From Candidatus Poribacteria bacterium (GTDB taxonomy: Bacteria > Poribacteria > WGA-4E > PCPOR2b): 64,000 bases of DNA. This document shows positions 1 through 9,172 of the stretch, piece after piece. Each line of letters opens with the position of its first letter. Positions within the stretch are counted from its first letter, which is position 1. Both the position numbers and the translations under genes were made by a program. The notes below the pieces were generated by a model that made no database searches, had not been told where the DNA came from, and was given only the letters and a program-made list of their open reading frames with translations. Location of the stretch: NCBI GenBank assembly GCA_965208675.1, contig OZ242351.1, positions 1,408,001-1,472,000 of the forward strand, written 5' to 3'.

Positions 1-918
1 AATCACATGATTCTCGCGGTGGAGAAGAAAGATGGCGCTGATTTCATCTGGTTAGATTCGACTGCGGAAACTTGTGCATTTGGTGATTTCCCTGCAAGTA
101 ATCAAGACCGGTGGGCACTTATTCTTAATCCCGACTATCTCATGAATGACATCCCTGCACAGACGCAGCGACATTCCCGAGAAAATCAGGGCAGTGTCAA
201 TTATGAAAATGAAAAACATGATACAAATGAGGGGATGACTAATCGTTTATTTCGTTTTGCAAAGAGTCCAACATCTCCGCCAGAGCAAAATTTAAAGCGC
301 ACCGTTACACAATTTCACGTCGAAAGCGATCTCTCGGTAAAGTCAACACAGGAAATCACGGTTACGGGAGATTTCAACACAAAACTCCGACATAAGTTGA
401 GACACCTTCACCCCGATGAGCGAGCGAAGTTCTTGCACGAGTACATGGAACTTGACAACCGCGCCACCTTAACCTCTTTTGAGATTTCTGAATTAGACGC
501 GATTCATGAGCAACTAAAGATTAACCTAGAATGGCACTGTGCGGACTACCTATTTGCCATTGGGCGCCAATTTCTTCTAAAACTACCGCTTGTCAAAAAC
601 CCTTACGAATCCCTGCTGAGCGAGGATCGCCGCATGTATCCAGTAGTCCTCGGAAGGACACTTACCTTTGAGGACGAAGTTACCGTTTATTTGGCATCAC
701 CTTTCGTAGGGGACTCTGTTCCAGAAAATCGAGATTTCCACAACAGCATTGGATCCGTCCAAATAAACCACGAAAAGTCCAAGCGAAAACTGTCAATGAA
801 GCAAATTCTGCGTTTGCAAAAACCTAGAGTTGAAGTCGATCAGGTGCCAGCACTGAAAGAACTCGTCAGGCTCGCCTCGAATAAGGGAACGAAACATTTG
901 GTGTTGGTGCAACCGTAA
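1..918 (+). CDS. C-terminal part of a DUF3857/transglutaminase-like domain protein (5'-truncated by window edge)
   Basis: Frame is open from base 1 (AAT CAC ATG = N-H-M). NHMILAV...WLDSTAETCAFGDFP...QDRWALI resembles the His/Asp region of transglutaminase-like domains, followed by a DUF3858-like tail. Confidence 0.6.
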   Translation, partial: NHMILAVEKKDGADFIWLDSTAETCAFGDFPASNQDRWALILNPDYLMNDIPAQTQRHSRENQGSVNYENEKHDTNEGMTNRLFRFAKSPTSPPEQNLKRTVTQFHVESDLSVKSTQEITVTGDFNTKLRHKLRHLHPDERAKFLHEYMELDNRATLTSFEISELDAIHEQLKINLEWHCADYLFAIGRQFLLKLPLVKNPYESLLSEDRRMYPVVLGRTLTFEDEVTVYLASPFVGDSVPENRDFHNSIGSVQINHEKSKRKLSMKQILRLQKPRVEVDQVPALKELVRLASNKGTKHLVLVQP

Positions 919-957
919 AAGCGAGAGAAAGGCATTGCTTTAAGTAGTAAATCCAGA

Positions 958-1407
958 ATGAATATGATTGAAGAACACGCGTGGATTCAGACGATTGTCC
1001 TCTGGGTCGCGTCCCACTTGATGGAGATTGCCATTCTGTCCGGTATTACCCTCATTGGTAGCATTGTTAGCATTGGAGCGTTAGTAATTTACCTGCCAAC
1101 AGATTATTTTACGCGTGAAAAACATGTCAGCGTTGTAGCGAACCCAATACTGCGGATCTTGCTGCGAATTTTGAAAAACATATTCGGCGTGATCGCGCTG
1201 TTCATTGGATTCATCATGTTGATTGGACCTGGTCCAGGTCCTTTGACAATCTTGGTCGGTGTCATTCTCTGCGATTTTCCAAGTAAACGGAAAGTTGAGC
1301 GCAAACTAATTGCACGCCCATTGTTACTTACCACAGCCAACAGGATTAGGGCGCGATTCAATCGCACACCGATTCTGTTATATGACAAACAGGCAGACCT
1401 AGGTTGA
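958..1407 (+). CDS. Small transmembrane protein, PGPGW-like family
   Basis: Three hydrophobic segments and the motif GFIMLIGPGPGPLTILVG..DFP.KRK.ERKL. Confidence 0.7.
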   Translation: MNMIEEHAWIQTIVLWVASHLMEIAILSGITLIGSIVSIGALVIYLPTDYFTREKHVSVVANPILRILLRILKNIFGVIALFIGFIMLIGPGPGPLTILVGVILCDFPSKRKVERKLIARPLLLTTANRIRARFNRTPILLYDKQADLG

Positions 1408-1459
1408 AAGAAGCCGACGGATACCGCTGTATGACGCCTCGGCAATGTCAATTACCCTT

Positions 1460-1508
1460 AAAAAACAAAAGGCACCCTCGAATAGTTACCGTATTGTTCA
1501 AGGATGCC
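1460..1508 (-). terminator. Intrinsic terminator downstream of the EF-G gene
   Basis: Minus strand GGCATCCTTGAA-N14-TTCGAGGGTGCC (12-bp stem with two G-U pairs) followed by TTTTGTTTTTT. Confidence 0.85.
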
Positions 1509-1540
1509 TGAAATTGATACTGTTCAGATTCGTTTACCGC

Positions 1541-3625
1541 CTACTCTTCCGCCTCCGCTTTTGCTTGATCTATAATTTTTTGTGCAATCTCGTCGGGCAC
1601 CTCTTCGTAACGTGAAAATTCCATAGTGAAGCTACCGCGTGCGCTCGTTATAGATTTCAAATCTATAGAATAGCGGAACATCTCTGCAAGCGGCACTTGC
1701 GCTTGAATGACCTGGCGTCTGCCCGACTGCTCCACGCCCATCACGCGGCCGCGCTTACTATTGAGATCGCCGATCACATCCCCCATGAATTGATCGGGAA
1801 CTGATATGGTTACGTCCATAATTGGTTCGAGCATCACCGGCCTTGCTTGGTTGGCAGCCTCCCTGAACGCGAAAGATCCAGCGATTTGGAAGGCGAGGTC
1901 TGAGGAATCAACAGGATGGTGTTTCCCGTCGTAGAGATCGACCTGGAAATCAACCACGGGATACCCCGCTAGTATTCCCTGCACCATTGATTCGCGGATG
2001 CCTTTTTCTACCGCTGGAATAAAGTTTCGCGGAATGGATCCCCCCACGATGTTGTTGACAAATTCGAATCCGGCGCCTCGATCGAGCGGTGCGAGATTTA
2101 TCCAGACATCTCCAAATTGCCCGCGTCCACCCGACTGGCGTTTGTAACGCCCCTGGACACTAGCTACGCGGTTCCGAATTGTCTCCTTATAAGGGACTAT
2201 GGGAACATCTACAGTGGTTTCAAGCCCGAATTTGTCTTTCATTCGAGCGCGTACCACACTAATATGCACCTCGCCTAATCCGGAGACTAGCAACTGTTTG
2301 GTCGTTTCATTCCGGTCAATTTGAAACGCTGGGTCTTCTTCTGACATACGGTTAAGCGTAGTTGTTAATTTCTCGTCGTCTCCTTCGCGTGCAGGGTGTA
2401 TAGCGAATGAAATTACGGGTTTGGGAAATTCAATTCCGGGGAGTTGGATTTTCTGGCCGACTTCGCAGAGCGTGTCACCTGTCTGCGTTAGCGCGAGTTT
2501 TGGCACGGCGCCGAAATCGCCTGCTCCAATTTGTGCGGTGTTAGTCAGCTCCTTCCCATTCATATAAGAAATTTTTCCGATTCGTTCGTTTTTATCTTGC
2601 CCTACGTTTAATGCTTGTGAATCGCCCTTAAGAATTCCGGAATAGACTCGAAAGAGGCTTAGCCGTCCAGCAAATGGATCAGCCAGCGTCTTGAAGACTA
2701 CTGCTGACATAGGCGTGTCGACGGAAGGCTCTCGCGCAGTCTCACCGTCTATGCTTACAACAGGTTTTGCCTCGACTGGCGAGGGGAAGCAGCTTATCAA
2801 AGTATCCATCAATGGTTGTACACCGATGTTGTTAATTGCGGAACCGCAGAGTACCGGGATAAATTGATTGGCGCGAATGCCTGTACGCAGTCCTGCGCGA
2901 ATTTCTTCTTCTGTCAGCTCACCTTCAAAAAACTTCTCGATGAGAGCATCATCGTTCTCCGCAACGGCTTCAACAAGTTGTTCGCGAGACTCTTCCGCTT
3001 GCCCTTGTAGTAGGTCTTCAGGAATGTCCACTTTGGATACAATCTTGTTTCCATCGGGTTTTGTGAACGCTCCCATTTGAACTAAATCTACTATACCTGT
3101 AAAGTTTTCTTCTTTGCCGACCGGTATCTGCAGCGGCGTCGTATTAGCTTCGAGCACCTCTCCGGTACTCGCCAAGGCGTTTTCAAAACTCGCGTTCTCC
3201 TTATCCATTTTATTGACAAAAACCAGCTTTGGCAGTTCATATTTGTCCGCAATCTCCCAAACTTTTTCTGTTCCACCTTCTACTCCGGTTGTTGCATCGA
3301 TTACCACTACCACCGCATCAACGATGCGAAGTACGCTATTAAGATCGCCGTAAAAATCCTCTGCGCCGGGCGTATCAAAGAGATTGAGTTTGTGTCCCCT
3401 CCATTCCGCAATACACACAGAACAGTTAATTGTCGTTTTGCGTGCAATTTCGTCCGGGGCGTAATCGGCAACTGTATTCCCATCATCCACTTGCCCCATT
3501 CGCTCAACTGCGCCTCCGTTATAAAGAATTGCTTCAATTAGCGAAGTCTTTCCCGCGCCGGAGTGCGAAATAACACCGATATTGCGAATCTGTTCTGTTT
3601 TGTATTCATTCATATGCTTGGACAT
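1541..3625 (-). CDS. fusA: Elongation factor G paralog (EF-G2/EFG-II-like)
   Basis: HSGAGKT, DTPG and NKMD GTPase motifs, QSGGRGQFG and HPVDSS. Stand-alone, outside the str operon. Effector RKTTI and DTPGA are divergent. Confidence 0.93.
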   Translation of the reverse strand: MSKHMNEYKTEQIRNIGVISHSGAGKTSLIEAILYNGGAVERMGQVDDGNTVADYAPDEIARKTTINCSVCIAEWRGHKLNLFDTPGAEDFYGDLNSVLRIVDAVVVVIDATTGVEGGTEKVWEIADKYELPKLVFVNKMDKENASFENALASTGEVLEANTTPLQIPVGKEENFTGIVDLVQMGAFTKPDGNKIVSKVDIPEDLLQGQAEESREQLVEAVAENDDALIEKFFEGELTEEEIRAGLRTGIRANQFIPVLCGSAINNIGVQPLMDTLISCFPSPVEAKPVVSIDGETAREPSVDTPMSAVVFKTLADPFAGRLSLFRVYSGILKGDSQALNVGQDKNERIGKISYMNGKELTNTAQIGAGDFGAVPKLALTQTGDTLCEVGQKIQLPGIEFPKPVISFAIHPAREGDDEKLTTTLNRMSEEDPAFQIDRNETTKQLLVSGLGEVHISVVRARMKDKFGLETTVDVPIVPYKETIRNRVASVQGRYKRQSGGRGQFGDVWINLAPLDRGAGFEFVNNIVGGSIPRNFIPAVEKGIRESMVQGILAGYPVVDFQVDLYDGKHHPVDSSDLAFQIAGSFAFREAANQARPVMLEPIMDVTISVPDQFMGDVIGDLNSKRGRVMGVEQSGRRQVIQAQVPLAEMFRYSIDLKSITSARGSFTMEFSRYEEVPDEIAQKIIDQAKAEAEE

Positions 3626-3778
3626 ATCTCCTTATCAATGGATTAACCTCACAGCGAGGGATTTTAGCACACGGCTATAATAATTGCAAGGAAAAACCTC
3701 GGCTTTAAAGTCATACCGGGGGTACCAAGTTACCTCGCGATGGTTCAGAATTTACGTAGGATATTGTGGTGCAAGCCG

Positions 3779-3840
3779 AAAAAAAAGAGCACAGCAGGAG
3801 GAGGCCATTGTTGTTAATTAGGACCAACTCCACTGTGCTC
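3779..3840 (-). terminator. Intrinsic terminator downstream of the TonB-dependent receptor gene
   Basis: GAGCACAG...CTGTGCTC inverted repeat with an inner GGAG/CTCC pair, followed by 8 T on the minus strand. Confidence 0.75.
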
Positions 3841-3951
3841 CCAATGAACACGCTAGTGGTAGTCAAAGATTATGACGCATCGCACCAAGGTGGTTGCCGA
3901 TTGTCGCAGCCACCATACGGTAAATGAGTTATCACCAAGCATGTTGAAAAT

Positions 3952-4074
3952 TAGATTGGGGTTATTTCACGGGATTGGGTTGAATCGAACCGACGAAAGA
4001 TACCGCATGCCACCGTTGAATTTCGCGGTTCGATTCCGCTTGAGGCTTCACCAATAAAGTGACACCCAATCTAC
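3952..4074. repeat. ~120-nt imperfect palindrome, GTAG-REP/REPIN-like
   Basis: TAGATTGGG (3952-3960) pairs with CCCAATCTA (4065-4073), and GAATCGAACCG (3982-3992) with CGGTTCGATTC (4026-4036). The minus strand starts GTAGATTGGG, like the GTAGGTTGGG element at 34511. Confidence 0.65.
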
Positions 4075-4087
4075 ATTACAGACTACA

Positions 4088-6784
4088 TTAGAAACTGTAT
4101 CCGACTTTGGCATACCAATACGCACCGTTGAACCCGAACGGACTGAATTGACCGTATTGGTTACCGATATTTCCGGATTTCGGATTTTCGTCGGGATACT
4201 CGTTGAGGATGTTCTGGACGCCGATAGTCATGATTAAGCCGGAAGCTGCCATGTAACTTGATTCCACATCGAAAAGCACTTTGCCGGTGTACGTCTCATC
4301 ATCTTCAGAATCATACCAGTCTCCAAAATAACTGCCCCGACCAAGCACGCTCCATTGGCTGGTTACGGATTGTGTTAAAGTAAGACTTGCGCGTTGTTTG
4401 GGGAGGTTCTCTTCCAGTTCTTTTATCCGATGCTCATCAAGCGTCTTCGGGTTGAATTTGGTAACTTCCGTCACAGTGCGGTTATAAACGGCAGTGACAT
4501 CACCTTTTGCTACTGGCACTGTGAGAACAACATCTACACCGTTGGTCGTTGTATCGAAGTCATTGGTAAAGAACCGAAACTCCTGTAGCCCGGCTGCACT
4601 AGTTACACCTTCCGCGAGCAACTGTGCCCTTTGTTCGTCAGTTAGTAGGTTATCTTTGGACAATGCCAAGCGATCAGTCATCCGAATATCAAACAGGTCT
4701 ACGGTGAGATTTATGTCCCTAACCTCAAACGTGAAGCCACCGGTGAAATTCTTTGACTTTTCCGGATCAAGCGAGTTATCTTCCTCCCCCGTCACAACTG
4801 CAACAGCAGGATTGGTTGAAGGGATAGTGCCGTTATTGACCAAATCATTCTTTTCAAAATTAAATTCTGTCGTAATGTTGAAGGCGTTCTGTTGCCCAGG
4901 CGTCGGCGCCCTAAAACCGGTGCTATAACTGCCGCGGAATTTCAGGACCATCTCATCATTGGCGAGCATACCGGCGTCTTCAAGGAAATCCGTAATACCG
5001 ACATTGGTCGCAACTTTATAGTTGAGCGTCTGTCCAAAATCTTCAAAATCCTCACCGCGCACTGCAAGACCGACCAGCCAGTGCTTATGCGGCCTGACTT
5101 CGCTTTCCAGATACGCTGCGACGTTTGCGCGGTTCCATTCGCCGGCAGCAATTTGGCTGAATCCGGAAAATCCGTTAGTTGCCGGCTGGTAACCCTGACC
5201 CGTCAAAGGACCGATTTGATACGATTCTCTTTGACCTTCTACAATCTCAAAGCCTTCGTTTCGATATTCTAAACCGGAGGCGAGGAACAGCCGCTCACTG
5301 AGTTCGTGCGTCACATCGAAGTTGAGGTTATAATCGGTCTGGATGTAGTCACCCGGATCAAATTCCGTGGGTGTAGCCGGCCCGAGAGAGGCGTTCACGG
5401 TATTGAAGATAAAGAAATCGGCATGATGCCGTCCAAAGTAGCCACTCAAATCCCAACCCAGTCCCGAGTTTAACACAGACTCCAGCGCGGTGCCTTGAAC
5501 CCCGACGAGCACGGAACTATCCACTGTATTTGCCCCGAATCTCGGTGTGAATCCTCCCGGAAACCACTCTCTGTACGAGAACAAATTCGGGTCATCAACG
5601 ACTTCTTGCCACTGCGCTGGATCAGCCGGGACACCATTTGCAATTGCTGTACGCTCTTCTGCGTTGGTAGCAACGGTTTTACCGGTCTCAGGGTGAGCTA
5701 ACAGTATGTCGTCATCCTCTTTCGCCGTTCCTTCCGGCAAACCTTCCAAATTCGCAACGAGTAAGTAAAATTCGTCCGGATCTCCGTCCTCGTTTGTATC
5801 GACGTTGCGGCCAAACACACCACTGCGTGTGTTAGGATTTCGGAAATAGAACCCGCCTTCCACGCTTTTGCTGGCGTAGTTTGCGTGCCCGTAGAACTTG
5901 ATGTTATCCGTGAGAGTGCTTCCATAGTTGGCGAAGAATTTGATATCATCCTCTACTATGGGTTGGCCCCAAATTTGGGCGGGATCCCTCACGCTGAAAT
6001 TACCAGCAGAAACAAGTGCATTGGCATCATCGCGTTGTACCGAGCGGATAGTCGGGTCTGAACCACCATATTCTAAGCTGAGGTTTGCCCAAGTATCCTC
6101 GCTCCCCAGACCGATATTGCCGGCCACTGCGTATTGGCGGCCATCTCCATACCGATAAATGCCCGGCTTGAATTCAAAAGAACCGCCCTGATGGCTGTCC
6201 TTGAGTTGGAAATTCATCACACCTGCAATGGCATCGGATCCGTATTGCGCGGAGGCGCCATCTCGAAGTACTTCTACCTGTCTCAGCGCAATCGCCGGGA
6301 TAGCAGACAAGTCAGGTCCTTGCGCGCCATCGGCCAACCCGTTTCCTAACCAGTGAATCACAGCCGCGCGATGACGACGTTTATTGTTGACCAACACCAA
6401 GGTGTGGTCGGGCGCCAATCCTCTTAAATTCGCAGGCCGAACGACCGTTCCTGCGTCGCTAATCGGTTGAATGTTGACGTTGAATGAAGGCACCAAGTTT
6501 CTAAACATGTCTTGTAAATCAGTGATGCCTTGCTTAGCGAGATCATCGCCACGAATGGTGTCAATCGGTACAGCAGATTCAATGACGGAACGGGGACGCG
6601 CCCTTGACCCGACGACTACCTGTTCTTCGAGCTCAATGACCGCTGCGCCTGATTCCATATCTGATGCCATGTCATCTTCAGTTGAGTCTTCCTGTGCTAG
6701 GGACACCGGTAATCCGCTCACCAAAAGCAGTGCCGCAATCCCTAAGGCTATGGTAAAAGTTCTAAAACTCAGCTCTTGTTTCAT
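4088..6784 (-). CDS. TonB-dependent outer-membrane receptor
   Basis: Signal peptide; TonB-box-like EEQVVVGSR; plug motifs NLRGL..DHTLVLVNNKR and VEVLRDGASAQYGSDAIAGV.N; LDPEKS; C-terminal GYSF; RBS AAGGAGG. Confidence 0.93.
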   Translation of the reverse strand: MKQELSFRTFTIALGIAALLLVSGLPVSLAQEDSTEDDMASDMESGAAVIELEEQVVVGSRARPRSVIESAVPIDTIRGDDLAKQGITDLQDMFRNLVPSFNVNIQPISDAGTVVRPANLRGLAPDHTLVLVNNKRRHRAAVIHWLGNGLADGAQGPDLSAIPAIALRQVEVLRDGASAQYGSDAIAGVMNFQLKDSHQGGSFEFKPGIYRYGDGRQYAVAGNIGLGSEDTWANLSLEYGGSDPTIRSVQRDDANALVSAGNFSVRDPAQIWGQPIVEDDIKFFANYGSTLTDNIKFYGHANYASKSVEGGFYFRNPNTRSGVFGRNVDTNEDGDPDEFYLLVANLEGLPEGTAKEDDDILLAHPETGKTVATNAEERTAIANGVPADPAQWQEVVDDPNLFSYREWFPGGFTPRFGANTVDSSVLVGVQGTALESVLNSGLGWDLSGYFGRHHADFFIFNTVNASLGPATPTEFDPGDYIQTDYNLNFDVTHELSERLFLASGLEYRNEGFEIVEGQRESYQIGPLTGQGYQPATNGFSGFSQIAAGEWNRANVAAYLESEVRPHKHWLVGLAVRGEDFEDFGQTLNYKVATNVGITDFLEDAGMLANDEMVLKFRGSYSTGFRAPTPGQQNAFNITTEFNFEKNDLVNNGTIPSTNPAVAVVTGEEDNSLDPEKSKNFTGGFTFEVRDINLTVDLFDIRMTDRLALSKDNLLTDEQRAQLLAEGVTSAAGLQEFRFFTNDFDTTTNGVDVVLTVPVAKGDVTAVYNRTVTEVTKFNPKTLDEHRIKELEENLPKQRASLTLTQSVTSQWSVLGRGSYFGDWYDSEDDETYTGKVLFDVESSYMAASGLIMTIGVQNILNEYPDENPKSGNIGNQYGQFSPFGFNGAYWYAKVGYSF

Positions 6785-6898
6785 GATAAGGGAAATCCTC
6801 CTTACGTTTAGAAGCGTGTTTCCGTTTAAGTGAAAATGCGGCCGCCACCTCGGCGACCTTGAGTTATCCGTATCAGTGTTGACGTGCCTCTCCTGCGG

Positions 6899-6927
6899 AT
6901 TATAAGAAAACTATGCCATATGGTCAA
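6899..6927 (-). promoter_or_regulatory. Sigma70-type promoter for the TonB receptor gene
   Basis: Minus strand TTGACC-N17-TATAAT. Confidence 0.7.
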
Positions 6928-7082
6928 TTGTATTCATCCAAGAGTCGAATCAAAAACTTTTGGACTTTTCTCATTGGAATCACCAACAATTGTAGCATAT
7001 AAATAAACGACATTTAACAAAAAAGTAAACCGTAAATTAGGTATATGGAAAAAAGACGTGGGCAAACGCCCTAGCTGTCGGT

Positions 7083-7901
7083 TCATTTTGCTTTGAGCAT
7101 GCCCCATGTTACGGCGAGTTTACCATTCGGAGAAACGGCAAGCACATCGCCTAATCCGCTCTCAAAAATAGTCTCGATTTCATCGGCAGTTAAGGCGACA
7201 CTAAAAACTACAAGTTGGTCAATGTCGCCGTTGAAGAATTCAGTCGGACCGTTATCTATTCTTGCACCGATTCCTAATGTGTCAACCGTTGTGTTCTCAT
7301 TATGCAATCTAGACCAATACTTGAAGGGACCGTCAATCTTTGAACTCGCTTTTTCTTCACCGTTCGCGTAAAGACTTACCTTATCCTTCCAGTCGACGGA
7401 GAACGCTACATGAATCCAGGCGCCCAACGGCACATCCTCGACAGGGATTAACAGACACCCTGCGGGATTGACATCGCAGTTGGGGACGTTACGCTCCATC
7501 CTCAATTCAAGTCCTCCGTTACCTGCGAGTTCGCCGAGAAAGTATCCGCCCCAACGCCAGCAATTGTAGATTCGCTGCCATCCCGACCGCACTTTAACCT
7601 TAACCCACATTGAGACGGAAAAATTTTGCGGATCATTGAATTTGAACGGTTCGGGATCGACTTTCATAAAACTTTTGCCGTCAAAACTCATGGCTTTTTT
7701 TAATTTGCCGTCTACCAATTTCGGGTCGCCATTAAGTTCACCGTTATGCCCGCCCACGGAGTCTTGCGTGCCGTCGCCCTGATCGAAATCCCACCGAGAA
7801 ACAACGTCATCTAATGCAATCTGTGAATACGAGAGACCGCTGAACATCAGTCCCATGAAGATTATGCTAGATACGCAGAATCCTTTCGAGGTTGTTTTCA
7901 T
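7083..7901 (-). CDS. Secreted LamG/concanavalin A-like domain protein
   Basis: Signal peptide from MKTTSK (ATG at 7901 preferred over 7985); W.FD.G.G, WIHVAF, LYANG, F.GDIDQL; C-terminal LAVSPNGKLAVTWGMLK. Confidence 0.85.
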   Translation of the reverse strand: MKTTSKGFCVSSIIFMGLMFSGLSYSQIALDDVVSRWDFDQGDGTQDSVGGHNGELNGDPKLVDGKLKKAMSFDGKSFMKVDPEPFKFNDPQNFSVSMWVKVKVRSGWQRIYNCWRWGGYFLGELAGNGGLELRMERNVPNCDVNPAGCLLIPVEDVPLGAWIHVAFSVDWKDKVSLYANGEEKASSKIDGPFKYWSRLHNENTTVDTLGIGARIDNGPTEFFNGDIDQLVVFSVALTADEIETIFESGLGDVLAVSPNGKLAVTWGMLKAK

Positions 7902-8248
7902 TTCGATATGTCCCCACATTTGCCCGTAGACCGTGAGATTTGAATGCACAATTTCAGTATAGACCAGTCTTGATGGATTTGTCAATCATTATAACACATA
8001 TTGAAAAAAAAGCAAATATAAGGTATCGGGTTTCCAATTTAAATGTGCCTAGCGGGCAGTCACATATAATTAGAAAACCTGACAGCCCATTTTCACCGCC
8101 GTCTGATGTGTTACTTCTAACGGATGCGGGTAGCCACACCAAGGTAACTCCCGCGAACCAACTTTCTCTTGCAATTTCACTGTAAATTGTATCAAAGTCT
8201 TACATAAAGATCTCCCATTGCAATTCAGCAACATTTTCCACAAATGAA

Positions 8249-8277
8249 TTGCCTTAATGCTCCGTTTTGGTTATAAT
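8249..8277 (+). promoter_or_regulatory. Sigma70-type promoter for radC
   Basis: TTGCCT-N17-TATAAT. Confidence 0.65.
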
Positions 8278-8352
8278 CTGATAAATCCATTATTATAAAG
8301 TGGACTCATCGCAGAATACAATACAACTTCTTACTTAATTTGGAGCCGAAAA

Positions 8353-9051
8353 ATGGAATCTACAAACGATGGGGGTCGCAATACAGACTTCGCCGATGAT
8401 GAACGCCCGCTGGAAGAACTCTATAGGTATGACCCGCACGTATTGAAAACATCACAACTTATCGCGCTTATCATTCGTACGGGAACAAATGACGATTCGG
8501 CAGTTCAACTTGCTGAACAGTTGCTGGAGAAGTACAACGGCAACCTGAAGGACATGGCTATGGCTAACGTGGAAGAAATCAAAAAGGGTATCATAGGTTT
8601 AGGAAAAACCAAAGCCGCTCATATCGTCGCTGCACTCGAACTAGGTAGGCGTTTGGCTAAATATCTGGAAGAAAAGCCGCAAATTTCCGCTCCCGCAGAC
8701 GTTGCACGAATCTTAATGCCGTCTCTACGTGATCTCAAGCAAGAAGTGTTGCACGTGCTCTGTCTTGATACGAAAAACAACGTGACCAACCAACGTCAAA
8801 TTTTTGAAGGCAGCTTAAACGTAAACATCATTCACCCTCGCGAAGTGTTTCGCTTCGCAATTGAGGAGGCATCCGCATCAATAATCCTTGTTCACAATCA
8901 TCCATCGGGCGATCCATCGCCAAGCAAAGAAGACATTCGAGCGACAAAACAGCTAATCGAAGCCGGGAATTGCATTCAGATCCCTGTGCTGGATCATATA
9001 ATCATAGGGGATGGCAGCTACGTTAGCCTAAAGGAGGAAGGATTGATTTGA
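8353..9051 (+). CDS. radC: RadC family protein (JAB/MPN domain)
   Basis: HPREVF, HNHPSGDPSPS.ED and LDHIIIG motifs; HhH-like GLGKTKA. Confidence 0.95.
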   Translation: MESTNDGGRNTDFADDERPLEELYRYDPHVLKTSQLIALIIRTGTNDDSAVQLAEQLLEKYNGNLKDMAMANVEEIKKGIIGLGKTKAAHIVAALELGRRLAKYLEEKPQISAPADVARILMPSLRDLKQEVLHVLCLDTKNNVTNQRQIFEGSLNVNIIHPREVFRFAIEEASASIILVHNHPSGDPSPSKEDIRATKQLIEAGNCIQIPVLDHIIIGDGSYVSLKEEGLI

Positions 9052-9172
9052 ACTATCCAACGCAATGCGGTTTTTGACACGCCTATCTATGCTGCACGCT
9101 TTCGCGCGACATCGACAAATGGCAATGTGATTTACCTCTGTACATCGCGTAAAACCGTAATAGTCCTAACCC

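Noticed and set aside
4025-4053. tRNA/tmRNA-like 3' end GCGGTTCGATTCCGC...CACCA
   Set aside because: No matching 5' acceptor strand, D arm or anticodon arm, and the spacing to CCA is wrong. The GGTTCGATTC is one arm of the 3952-4074 palindrome.
6800-6895. Glycine-riboswitch-like words (GGAGAG, AACTCAAGG, GCCGAGG) in the TonB leader
   Set aside because: The order and pairing do not fit the GGAGA...CCGAAG...CTCAGG aptamer.
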